Source: Octopus bimaculoides (taxonomy: Eukaryota). From it: DNA of 64,000 nt. Shown piece by piece: positions 12,837 through 25,697 of the stretch. The notes beneath the pieces were generated by a model. That model made no database searches and had not been told where the DNA came from. It worked only from the letters and a program-made list of their open reading frames with translations. The position numbers and the translations under genes were made by a program. Where the stretch lies: assembly GCF_001194135.2 (NCBI RefSeq), contig NC_068991.1:26907014-26971013 (forward strand). Direction: 5' to 3'. How positions within the stretch are numbered: position 1 is the first letter of the stretch; every line of letters begins with the position of its first letter.

Positions 12837-13176
12837 ATTTGAATTTAGTTCACCGACCTCCAGTACTACCTTTGCGGACCGTAGGGGTCAGAGGACCCCC
12901 GATTGGGAAATATTGGCCTATGCAATGCACATATGCACCGACTGGCATAATAATTGTTTACTGATAAGTGCTTATATCAGCAAACCAGTGCAAAAAATGG
13001 TTATTTACTTCGTTTCCATCGCGATCTCTGAACGATTATACGCATATGTCTTCTCCAATGACCAGTATATTTTGCATCTGAACGTCCCGAGACGTGATAA
13101 GAATAAATCTAGGGACAATTGTGCCAGGGCTCAGTGTACGCTGAGGAAATAACGAATCTCTCTGTCTCTCTTTCTC

Positions 13177-13235
<59 letters not shown>

Positions 13236-13912
13236 TTCAGTTATTGACGGATTATCAAAAAACATTGTTTAAATTAGTAAAGAGCTCCGTGTATTTTGGT
13301 CCGAGATTATAGTGGGTCACCATTCTATATCGTAAATCCATTGTTATGTACCAGTGATACTGGTTTTTACACAGAATGATATACAAGAAAAAGCATAAAT
13401 AATTGTCATTACATTTTTTTCTTTATTTTAGTAAATTTGACTTACATTTGTTTCCAGTAGTCGTTATAGTTTCGTTATTGATTAGTTTATCCAAACGGGT
13501 CAATTATTAGTTGAAAAAAAACTGAACAGCTTAGAAAGTTAATGCTACTTTCGTCATAGTCATTTCTGGTTATGACCAAGCAGAACACTAACACTCAACG
13601 AATGTTACGAGAAGTAGCAATAAGAATAAGGTATTTCACCCTCTGCTTCTATTTAATATCCAAACCTAGCAAAGCTTGCAAAGGTATCATTAACTTTCTA
13701 AGTCGTTCAATTTTAATCAACCGATCCATGAGCCGATTGAGTAAGAACTTATAATGAGTACTGGAAACTTCTGTAATTCAGATTAACTATAATAAAGAAA
13801 AACATGTAATGACCATTATTCATACCTTTATATACATATAAATATACATGTGTATGCGCGTGCACATGTGTGTGTCTTGTGTGTGTGAGTGTGTGTGTGT
13901 ATGTGTGTATAT

Positions 13913-14067
13913 ATATTCTTTTATTCGCTTAATCTTTTATTTTTTTCTCTCATTTGACTGTGCCCATGCTGCAGCCTTTAGTCGTCGAACAAACAGACTT
14001 ATTCTTTCTAAGTCTAGTAATTATTCCATTAGATTTTTACCGAACCGCTAAGTTTCGAGGACACAAA
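13913..14067 (-). mobile_element. SINE family C, 3' part (runs into gap)
   Basis: CATTTGACTG...GACTTATTCTTT...CCGAACCGCTAAGTT matches the reverse complement of 23880-24027. Confidence 0.75.
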
Positions 14068-15363
14068 NNNNNNNNNNNNNNNNNNNNNNNNNNNNNNNNN
14101 NNNNNNNNNNNNNNNNNNNNNNNNNNNNNNNNNNNNNNNNNNNNNNNNNNNNNNNNNNNNNNNNNNNTATGTATGTATTTTTATGTATTCATTTCTGTAT
14201 GGAATCAATAGATATATATGTTGTCTTTTTCCCAGTTTTCATTTCGTTTACACATTTCCTTTTCTGTGTTGTATTTTGCCATTGCAGACGCGACAGTAAT
14301 GTAAATGTTGGCAGTTGTAAGTAGATCTTTTAGTAATCGATGTCACAACTTTCCTGGATGTTATATCGTATATAGATTATTTCGTACAATATTAAATGGT
14401 GTCAGACATAAATTATAAAAACCTATGAAAAGACTCGAAATATAATTGAGAAAAATACATTTTCGATAAGAGATTTACATAAATGTAGATGCTATTATGA
14501 TTCTCATCTCGATTTAAATGAAAAAGCAGAACACACAGAGAACAAGCTCCATTTAACATAAAATATATTATGGATATCGACATACGACCATGAGAATAAC
14601 ATTTCACTCAGGACGGAAATTGGTAAAGAAATATTTTTGTAATATTCAATAGCAACATAGAATGGGACAGAACTTAAAAGAAAGGAATTAAAAGAAGATA
14701 AGTGCAATCAAACGCGGCAGAGACAGAAGTCTTGGCTCCATGGTGGGGAATGTTTTATGTATCAATGGTATGTGCATCAATAGAGAGGAAGTTGCAACTT
14801 GACGAACGGATCTCGTTTTTGTTCATTCATCATCTATACACATCGACTGCGGTTTTATATCTTTGTGTGTGTGTGTATACATACATAAATACATATATAT
14901 ATATATANNNNNNNNNNNNNNNNNNNNNNNNNNNNNNNNNNNNNNNNNNNNNNNNNNNNNNNNNNNNNNNNNNNNNNNNNNNNNNNNNNNNNNNNNNNNN
15001 NNNNNNNNNNNNNNNNNNNNNNNNNNNNNNNNNNNNNNNNNNNNNNNNNNNNNNNNNNNNNNNNNNNNNNNNNNNNNNNNNNNNNNNNNNNNNNNNNNNN
15101 NNNNNNNNNNNNNNNNNNNNNNNNNNNNNNNNNNNNNNNNNNNNNNNNNNNNNNNNNNNNNNNNNNNNNNNNNNNNNNNNNNNNNNNNNNNNNNNNNNNN
15201 NNNNNNNNNNNNNNNNNNNNNNNNNNNNNNNNNNNNNNNNNNNNNNNNNNNNNNNNNNNNNNNNNNNNNNNNNNNNNNNNNNNNNNNNNNNNNNNNNNNN
15301 NNNNNNNNNNNNNNNNNNNNNNNNNNNNNNNNNNNNNNNNNNNNNNNNNNNNNNNNNNNNNNN

Positions 15364-15401
<38 letters not shown>

Positions 15402-15749
15402 CATATATACATTTTACATACACATCTATATAATGAACACACACACATGTATATATATATTTACACTCGCATACGCACACACGCATACAGACACACATAC
15501 ATGTATGTATCTATGCTCGTGTGTATGAATGTGCAGTGCAATAATCTTTCTCTTACCCGATTCGAAAAGTGTTATTTTGAGAGACACCAATGAAAGGAAG
15601 AGAAATGATATAGATAGTAATAAAGGTATCGGATATTCATTTCAATTACCACGGTCGATTTTGACGATAAACTAGAATACCAGATATATACAATATACAG
15701 ATCTAGTTGTGATGGATAGGTATTTTCAAGGTACGAATCTGAATGGCTT

Positions 15750-15846
15750 TTGTTGTTGTTGTTGTTATTATTATTACTGATGTTGACGGTAATGATGATG
15801 ATCATGATGACGACTACGACGACGACGACTTTGATGATGATAGTCA
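15750..15846. repeat. Compound trinucleotide microsatellite (GTT/ATT/GAT/GAC)
   Basis: Read directly. Confidence 0.9.
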
Positions 15847-16289
15847 TTAAATCTAGCTAATCTGGACCTTGCCGGGAAAACGTATATCTATGATTATCCC
15901 ATCTATATTTCCTTGTGAGGCAAGGTTATAATTTGAAGGAGTCTGTGATGCTAATTGCTGCAGGATGTATCCTTTTGAGCAGGGTGGCCACCGGTGTAAT
16001 TGATATTATGTTCTATTCTCAACTGGGGTGAAATTTCTCTGAAAGCTGAAACAATTTTAAGGATCACAGTTACTACCATGATACATTTGAGTGAGAAACA
16101 TGTATTATCTCGTACTATTTTCTAACTCCTTCCTAACACAAAATTTAGTGTTTATTTCTATATCCTGTAGTTTAGCTTTTGGGCTGGAGCTTATCGCAAT
16201 TTCCGAGGCGGTTATGCAAATGAGATCACGAAACTTCCCACCCATACTGAACAGTTGTCCTTCACAGTGTTTCGCTCACTCCGTACTGC

Positions 16290-16438
16290 TATCGCTGGCA
16301 CTCACCGTCAACTGGCTGAATTGCAGCAACATAAACTAAAGTGCTTTGTTCAAGAACACGTGCACTCACCGGTTTTCGAATCGAAAACACAAACTGACGA
16401 ATCTGAGCCCAATTCCCAAGCCACTATACCACGCGTCT
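16290..16438 (-). mobile_element. tRNA-derived SINE, family D (CORE-like), decayed
   Basis: The minus strand has A-box-like GCGTGGTATAGTGG, B-box-like TTTCGATTCG and CORE-like GTGTTCTTGAACAAAGCACTTTA. Confidence 0.55.
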
Positions 16439-17046
16439 TTAAGACCTCTTCTCTTACTTATATAATATACAAAATCAGGGAGAGGAGGGGAGGGGAGGGT
16501 GGTGAGGGGAGAGAGAGAAAGGGAAAGAGTGTAAAAACAAATTTCTGATTTTCTATTGTTGCAGGGAGTGTCGTAATTTCCCCTGTATTCCTAGCTTTCT
16601 CAACATGATTTACTTTGAATATAAAGTTATAGCACACTCCTTTGTAATAAGCTTTTTCTAAGCAAATAACAGTTACATAGTTCTACATAGAACGCTAGCA
16701 TTCCTATAATCATTGAACATCGTAGAATCTACAATTTAAAACTTTGCCCACTATTACTTTTCAAGCTGAATTGAAGTAATTATATTTTATTTCCATCCCA
16801 GCAGTTTCGCTCGTCACAAAAATCAAAAGAGTTATGGGTGAGTAGGAACATATTATTTTTCTATTTCAATATTCAAAAGATCGTAAAATAAATTCAATTG
16901 TTAAAATAATCGTTTGTAAGTAGTAGCCATATCACATACCGATGTTTTCTTTTCATACTAACAGTCCTCGGATACGCTTTTCAAATTCTCTTGTTTATTT
17001 GTGTTATGTAACAAATAAATTACTGTATGTATGTGTTTCAACGTTT

Positions 17047-17077
<31 letters not shown>

Positions 17078-19011
17078 CTTTTATTGTGCGTATGAATATT
17101 TGCATCATTGTGAAGAGAGCAAATTTAAGAATACTGTCACAATAGTATCTTCTATAACACTACAACAGTAAATCATAGATAAAGTAAGCCATTTTTGACA
17201 CAAATAATACTTAATAATAAGTGACTGGTGTGTTAATAGTATTTTCTCTATTATACTACGATGTACAATGGAATTACTATAAAGACTTTTAGCCAACGCA
17301 GTCTGTAAATACAAATTAAATAACTTGTTACTTAATACGATATGTTTTGGAAACATCATATGAACAATAAACTACGCCGGTTTCAATACTTCTATTCAGT
17401 TCCATATAAGCGAGTGACCATGCGTTTTAAATATCCCATTAATCTATTAATATGAAGGCTTAACATTTCAGAAACTGATTGTCACTATTTTCATAAATAA
17501 CTATCGGTATAATAGCAGCAACTTGTTATAGGGATACTATGAGATGATAAAATAATGTTTAGCATCTGCGTCTTGAGATGAGGCTATCTTCATAAGTGCT
17601 TCTCATAACTATAAACAAATAATTAGTAAAAATGATGTTACAGATAAAATACACTCGATCATTCGCCCCGACATTTCCCGGAAACATTCACACTATAATC
17701 TAAACTTTATTTTGAATATACCTTTTCGTATAACCAGACATTCAAATTTAATTTCCTAACTTTTCCCGATAAATATGCATAGCCTTTATTATATGAATAC
17801 TGCGTAGGTAAACTATATTTATTGTAAAACTTCCAATAGCAATTTTAAAGTCATTTTCTCTTCATGGAAGTTGTCTTTTGAAGGCTTTGATCTACAGTGC
17901 TAAAGTAATCCTCGGCTACAATAATTTTGTGATAACCAACAGCAGTGTAATAAGACAAAAAGCAAAATTTTAAGTAATCTGAAAAGTGATATAATAATTA
18001 TTTTTTACCATCTTTAAATTCTAAATGTATTATGAATTCCAACGGTTGATTCCCAGTCATTCCATAATTTCAGCATTTAATAATTTCCATGAAAATGCGC
18101 GATGCCAGATTTAGTGAATTAGAAGTTGGCAGGGTTATTTCGAGCATTCCAAGTATATTTGTTAGTGTTAAACTGTTCTGATCTGTAAGAATGTGGCGAG
18201 TATATCGCCATACAGTGTTCTTCATAAACGTCTGTACTTTACAAGCATGCAGGCATGTTTTCGATTGACAGGAGATAGAGTGATCTCACGAGGCAGTGAT
18301 ATACTCCACATTTCCTGACATGCTAAAGATAAACTAAATAAACCGTTTAAAATCGTTCTTCCCCTTTTCTTACAGCCACACATTCCTTTACAACTAAATC
18401 AACGACATCTCTTCACCCTAATATAAAACGACGTATCATATTCCTCTCCTAGGTAAAAATCAGTTAAGTCCTGTTTATATTCCAATTCTGCTGTAAAAGA
18501 TAGTCTTTACTCAAAATCTTTCCGAAAAATGGGGTCTACACTACCTCAGATTCCACTCTCACCATCACGCACTTCCCTCATTTGGATATCCAAAACAGTG
18601 CGTTTAAAACACCCTGTCTCAAACATCGTCCCATCCACTTCTCTGAATACATTGCCATCCATTTCCTAAATTTCTCCAGTCACGACCAACGTTTCAGCTA
18701 TCCCTTTTCATGCACACGGGGCATTTTTTTAATCTATCCTTCTCCAAATCATTCATCTTTGGTCGCATCACTGCTCACATCTTTTATTGAATCTCATGTA
18801 TCTTATTTTGACATCGCCGGCACAAAATTTGAATAATTTGCTTTGACAACTTACTACGTCAAACATTTCACTTTGGCAATTCGAACTTACAATACCACTT
18901 CAGTCGCTTCCAAACTTCAGAAGTTAACTGCAAAGGCATGACCCTTAGCAATATTCTTCCCCAACACTTCTCTCTCTCCCTTTTCCTTCTTTGTCTGTCT
19001 GTCTCTCTCTG

Positions 19012-19076
<65 letters not shown>

Positions 19077-19544
19077 NNNNNNNNNNNNNNNNNNNNNNNN
19101 NNNNNNNNNNNNNNNNNNNNNNNNNNNNNNNNNNNNNNNNNNNNNNNNNNNNNNNNNNNNNNNNNNNNNNNNNNNNNNNNNNNNNNNNNNNNNNNNNNNN
19201 NNNNNNNNNNNNNNNNNNNNNNNNNNNNNNNNNNNNNNNNNNNNNNNNNNNNNNNNNNNNNNNNNNNNNNNNNNNNNNNNNNNNNNNNNNNNNNNNNNNN
19301 NNNNNNNNNNNNNNNNNNNNNNNNNNNNNNNNNNNNNNNNNNNNNNNNNNNNNNNNNNNNNNNNNNNNNNNNNNNNNNNNNNNNNNNNNNNNNNNNNNNN
19401 NNNNNNNNNNNNNNNNNNNNNNNNNNNNNNNNNNNNNNNNNNNNNNNNNNNNNNNNNNNNNNNNNNNNNNNNNNNNNNNNNNNNNNNNNNNNNNNNNNNT
19501 ATATATATATATATATATATATATATCCTCCACCACGCAGCAAC

Positions 19545-19715
19545 ATGTGTGGACTCACTGCGTCCCTATAACATAGCTGTACCTCAAAAGATTCCGACAA
19601 AATAAGTACCAAGCTAAAAACTTTAGAACTAGAGTATATTTCTTCGACTAATTCCTGCCAGGTGATGCCCCAACCTTGCCGCAATCAATTGAATGAAACA
19701 AGCAAACGATAAAAC
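19545..19715 (+). mobile_element. SINE family C, decayed 3' part
   Basis: CGTCCCTATAACATAGC...AAAATAAGTACC...TGAAACAAGCAAACGATAAAA aligns by eye with 23875-24027. Confidence 0.55.
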
Positions 19716-22700
19716 ATGTAATTGTATTGACGCCATCGGAAAGAAAGTTGAAATATTCATTGTGTTATGTGAACAGGAAACTTCGATCGCCATAACTGAA
19801 ATCGTGAAGTGCATTGAAGAACCTGCTGTTCGTCCGTGTTGTTCATACAGCTATTGACTTCTAACAACTGCACGAGCACATACACATCGTATATTAATTG
19901 TAGTTAATTTATACGACACCAGTATTTTAGCGGTTTGGATGTTATCAACTACAAAATGTTAAATGATACAGCAGCGATATTTCAACATAAAGTGCAACGA
20001 TAGGAAGACATTGAGTACAATGCTTCGTTAATTCACCGACATTCATATTTAATAGCACATTTCAAAATTAGCACAAATATATGTCTACTTTGAACGTGGG
20101 ATTCAAACGATTAATCCGACTCCAGCATTCGACTAGAAATTTTGCTATGGCATGGAGAGATGATAGCAAAAGCAAAGCTGAGTGAAATTAGAACTTGAAA
20201 TATAAAGAGTTCGTGAGACACAACACCGATTCTTCTTGAAAAGTGAAAATATTTCGGCAAAAGAAGAAGCCAACAGACAAACACGGAAAAATGAAAATTG
20301 GCCAAGGTTCAGTTTGGCAACATATCCATCGATTTATAAATAGTTTTAAACAGTGTTGGTGGGAGTGAATTGGAGTAAACTTTGTAATTTGAAATATTGC
20401 AGGATGTTTTACTAATGAGTAGCTTATATATCGAAACATTCCCAAGTGGATATAATGGACGTAAATGTTAAATGTTTTCTGTTGACCTTTTGCTCCGTTT
20501 TCAACATTTTAGTAACGAGTTGACTCGTCTGTCGGGGATATATTTGATTTATTTTCTGTTAGCTTTATAAACTTATCTATTTTGAATGATTTATACGAAA
20601 ATATTCATACCATCGAGCAGAGATTAACATTTCTATGCCAGGCACGATGGAGAAATCAGATTTGTTTAGATATATATCCCAGTAAACTGGCATGAAGTTT
20701 ATAACGAAGAATAATCCGATCTATAGCACACAATAAAGTAATTCTTATCGATATGCGCGACACCTGACTCAGGAGGCGTAGTACGATCAGAATTTTCTCA
20801 AGGAAAGTTTACGGCTCTCTCTCCAAAACTACAGAACATTTGAACTCAGAACTACAAGCTACCAAACCATAATACATAAAGTAAAACCAGAAATCATATT
20901 TGTAAGGTAAATGTACATGTTGTATATTTAAGTTTGGTGGGTCAAAGAAGTAGAAAGTAAAATACGATCTCTCAGTAATTTCTCTTATACGATATGATCT
21001 GTCAAATCTCAGATACGTATTCTAGCAATCTCTAGGCCTTCTTGCATATACTAATGAAGGAGTCTCTGTGAAGTTTCATTTGACCGTATACGAAAAAATG
21101 TGATTGCTACGTCCAGGGACTATTTTGTCATGTAAAAGGTTTAGGAGTTATTCTCAACTAGAAAAAAAAAACACTTAAATACTGTTGATGTGTAAATCAG
21201 ATATAATACACAATAATGTTTCAGTTTTTACGATAAAAATGTTTAACCAGGCTAAGACGTCATATCCTTTCTGTAAGATTTTAAGAACATACAAAACTGT
21301 ATGTTATGCTAAGCTTTCTTAAACAAACTTCACCCAGTTGTTTTCTCTACATATACAAAGCACATAGTAAACTTTTGAGCCCCAATAGTAAATTCCGAGT
21401 CCATCACTGCCAATATATTTATCTTCTTATGTGAAGAGCACAAATATATATATTTTATGCCGTCATTGGTCAATAAAGCAAAATGACAGTCAATCAGAAT
21501 TACAATTATTGAAGTTGTTGAGTATCTGAGTGACAAATAGTTAAATCAACAGCATTCATCAGCATGTTGAACCAGTTTCCTGCGCAATAGTTGCACTTCA
21601 TTTTTTTTTACTCTGCATCACATTATTTCTGTTTCATAGCAAAGCTAATTCTCTTTCCAAATCAAATTTTCTATTTAAAGTTTGGATCTTATTTCTATCG
21701 CATCAAACAAACTTGAAACAAGGAACTCCGTAATTGTCATAGGTTGAAGTGGTGTAACTGTCTACATCATTGCAAGCCAATGAATGAGATTTTCCATTCT
21801 TCGTTCGATCATTGTGATATTAACAAGGCAATGTCATGCGTATACCATAATATGAACTGTCAGCCATGTTACTGATCGTTTGCTGGTGGTGGTTGTGGTG
21901 ACGATTTACATCCAGATATTTTCATTTTATAGAAAAGAGAGATTTCAAAGAAAGGTACACATCAATTGATATAGTACTTTTATATTAAAATACAAGATAT
22001 ACAATTTGACAATTAGAAAGCCTTCACAAAATATGTTTCTGGGGAAGAGTGCATGAAACTTGCTGACCATTCCAATGGTGGGAACTGATGACGTTAATAA
22101 GATTATAAGTAGCGACAGGAGTTTAGAGACTGGGAAACCGTTGAGTAATAACTGCTAATGATGTCTACGCAGGTTTTGAAAGTGAGAAACGGTAATGATA
22201 TCGAAGATAATAAAGATAATTCCGTCAGTTAAATGCAGCAAGAACTGTAAGTTCAGGGTTTGTATTGTATTGGTGTTATCCATATATCTTAAAATGTATA
22301 ATGATCTGTATTTGATGCAATCCAAGAATGCTTGTATGTATAATTATTGTACCCAGTTTATCTGATATGAAACCCAGTGGTAATCGAATTTATGATTTGT
22401 AATGAATCACTAACATAATTATATGTACAAACACACACATGCACACACACACAAACACACACGTAAATCAGCAACAATGGGATGATTACAACTGTGTCAG
22501 ATATCAGAGCTTGACTACTTTTAGGTTTTGTGGCTGGTCATTTATATGATTTTTTTTTTTTTTGAAGTGTCTCATTTTGAGTCGAACAAGAAAAGGGCAC
22601 ATTGAAAGATTTTGTTTGGTAAGTGTAACAATAGTGTAAGAACTGTAAATATTCTGTGTCTCATACGACGGGTATTTTTTGTAGGTCTTATTCGCTAATG

Positions 22701-23376
22701 CAGTAAAATCCTGGAGATAGGCTTCTAAGTTGTAGATGCACGTTATCTTAAAGCGAAATTATAAGTGGGAATTAAAATGTGAATTATCTGCCAAGATATA
22801 GATGTCAGAAATAGAAGTTGATTGTTAAAGAATAAAATGAAAGGTATCCAAGATATAATTGAATTTTGGTATGTCCTCGAGGTGATATTAGATGGGTCGT
22901 GAATGCTATTAAATAACCAAAAATGAAGTTAACGATTTCACTTGAAAGCCACAAAATATGATGTAGCTTCCTGGGAATTAAGTCGAAGAGGTAATTTCCT
23001 TTCGAAGTTTGACAATATATTTTGTTCTCATTCCTAAAATAAACCGGTCCAAATATCAATTTATAATACCCTTATTTTATGGGTCCTTTGTGCCTATTCA
23101 AATCAAAACTAATGCGAAGTATTATTTAAGCAGATAAATGAGGTGGGCGATTTTCTGGAAGGATAATACTCTATCTTTTTTCAAAGAAAGTATATTGTAT
23201 GTAAAAGTGAATTCGAGCCACTAACAAAGAATGGTCAATTGTTGGCTTACAATTTGTTTATTGGCGCTCGAAATCTTTAACAAAGTAGTCTACTCTATGT
23301 TCTATGCGCAAGCGTGTGATTATGCACTTGTAAGTATGTATGTATGTATGTATGTATGTATGTATGTATGTATATG

Positions 23377-23755
23377 CTTACGATACACAGTTCAGGTTTC
23401 GTAAGCATACAATAAAGAGGTTAAAGTACATGTATTGTATGCCTTAATCTTTGTCGCAGTGGAAATACCATGTCTAGAACAGAGGCGGTTTTCCAGTTTG
23501 CCAAAAGCAAACTGGCTTACTGAATGCGTAGTGACACTTCATCATCAAGATTCGCTGATGTGTATAGTGAGCTCCCTAAGTAAACAAACTTAGAAACCAT
23601 AGCAAGTTTTCTTCCATACACGAAGATACCAGGTACTGTGTATGGTATTCCAGGTACTGGCCGAAACAAAACAATTTTGGTTAGATTTATGGTCGACCAA
23701 AGCCTTGTGAGTGGATTTGGTAGACGGAAACTAAAAGAAGCCTGCCGTATATATG

Positions 23756-23808
<53 letters not shown>

Positions 23809-24473
23809 GTGTGTATATGTTTGTGTGTCTGTGTTTGTCCCCAAACGTTGCTTGACAACGGATGGTGGTGTGTGTACGTCCCCGTAACTTAGCGGTTCGG
23901 CAAAAGATCCCGATAGAATAAGTACTACGCTTACAAAGAATAAGTCCTGGGGTCGATTTGCTCGACTAAAGGCGGTGCTCCAGCATGGCCGCAGTCAAAT
24001 GACTGTAACAAGTAAAAGAGTAAAAGATTAAACCAAGTACCTCACAAGCTATTGAAATTGCATTCGTAAGATTTTGTATGTCCTCCTTTGTATGAGTGAC
24101 AATATCACAATCATCTGCATAGAGGAGGCCTCTAATAACAGTTGATGACGTCCTTGACTTAGATGACGTTGAAGATTTTTTCCTGTTGTGCGATATCTGA
24201 TATATATGCCTTCATAGGAGCCTTTGAAAGCCAATTCAAAAACTATAGTAAAATAGAGGGTGAAGAGAGTGGGTGCTAGTATGTCACCTTCTTTTACCCC
24301 ATTCATAACAGAGATAGGCGCCGAGAGCTTTCCACCAATGTTGATTCTTACTTCCATGCCAGCATGAAACTGCTTCAGAATAGTGAGAAAATCTACCCGG
24401 CATCCAAGTCTCCTCAAGATCTCCCACAAGGCAGTTCGACTGATGAGTCAAAAAGCCTTAGTAAGATAAATGT
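23377..24473 (-). pseudogene. RTE-clade LINE reverse-transcriptase fragment, interrupted by a SINE
   Basis: Minus-strand motifs in order: FIYLTKAF, GVKEGDILAPTLF, LLYADDC, [SINE], TINLTK, FVYLGS, DDEVSLRI, TKIKAYNTCTLTSLLYAYET. Frameshifts and stops are present. Confidence 0.9.
23690..24027 (+). mobile_element. SINE family C, 5'-truncated, with internal (TA)n/(TG)n, nested in the RTE fragment
   Basis: CGACCAAAGCCTTGTGAGTGGATTTGGTAGACGGAAAC...GGCGGTGCTCCAGCATGGCCGCAGTCAAATGACTG...GTAAAAGA tail. Confidence 0.9.
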
Positions 24474-24560
24474 TTAAGGTATACAATACATGCATCTTAA
24501 TCTGTTTATTATATGCTTGCGAAACATGGACTGTGTATCGTAGGGAATACTGCTTCATGC
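24474..24560 (+). pseudogene. Second, inverted RTE fragment (C-terminal LLYACETWTVYRR segment)
   Basis: The + strand encodes KVYNTCILICLLYACETWTVYRR and is roughly 80% identical by eye to the reverse complement of 23377-23450. Confidence 0.8.
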
Positions 24561-24912
24561 AGATAAAACTGGCTACCTTTCTTATTTGGAACTGGAAATA
24601 AACTTCCTTTTGATTAATAAACTTACAAACGATGATAAAATTAACACCGAGGAAAACTTACTTAACTTTAACGTAATTTGTGAAGGAGATAGATGAAGAG
24701 TTACAAGTTGACGACTAACTAAACTACGTGTCAAATATGAGAAATTACCTTTGATGTGTATTTTACTTGCATTTATTGGTGACTGATTGTTAGATTTAGT
24801 TAACCAATCTATTTTAAAACTGAGTGCTTTATTGATATCTGCCTGGATTTTTAAATCCCTTTCTTTCTTACTTACACACACACACACACGCACACACACA
24901 CACACACACATA

Positions 24913-25026
<114 letters not shown>

Positions 25027-25499
25027 TGTATATGTACACACACACATATATTACATATATACTTGGTATATTTGTAGGTAGCTGTGGTAATGAATATCAG
25101 ATCTCGACTTATGGACTATGGTTTATGGCACCAGCGCAGTTCCAACGCGTTGCAATGCTCAGCGAGTGATTAACCAACTATAAAATGTATCGTTTCATGC
25201 ATTGTTTCTATTGGGTTACAGTCATATTTTATTTAATTTTCATTTATCTATATGAAATTTACAAAATATGGGAGCTATGCAACCCTGGGATGTTAAAATT
25301 TACTGCGAGAATTACATTTGACAAACCACACGTATAGATCTATGTGTTGCAAGATTCCTGAGCGTCTCCTCATTTTCTATTTTAATATGAACCAAACTTA
25401 AAATTATTCTATAGATGTTACCCCAGCTCAGCGTAGCAAGCAAGCTCGCAGTTAAACTGCTTAACACACGCTGCCGGAGCATATACAGTTCTAATATTC

Positions 25500-25697
25500 T
25501 ATAGGCTTGGCTACATGTTTAAAGCGCTGAACAAAGTGCTTTATTGTATATGTTCCGGCTTTTTACGATCTGAGTCCATAACCCCGTGAAATTAACCTTA
25601 CTTTTCATCGTTCTGGGTCGACGAAATATTCAGGTCAAGGGCTGGAGTTGATATAAAATGAATGACCACCATTGCCGGCCCTACTACGATCTGAAAC
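25500..25697 (+). mobile_element. SINE family A, heavily decayed
   Basis: TTTACGATCTGAGTCC...TTTTCATCGTTCTGGGTCGACGAAATA...CTGAAAC is colinear with the family consensus seen in the window. Confidence 0.55.

Noticed and set aside
11872-12915. hAT MITE defined by CAGTGGTTCCTAACC (11872) and GGACCCCCGATTGGGAAATATTG (12915)
   Set aside because: Each end looks hAT-like, but the TIR match is poor, the 8-bp flanks (TCTCCCAA / GCCTATGC) do not match, and a 596-bp gap lies between them.
14288-14316. 29-bp micro-exon with a strong acceptor and GTAAGT donor
   Set aside because: Only one frame is open and its phase does not fit the other candidates. It is too short to support without transcripts.
18330-18960. 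Minus-strand L1-like C-terminal remnant (VWKRL...CPVC...ETLV)
   Set aside because: Only a few scattered residues match, across broken frames; insufficient to call.
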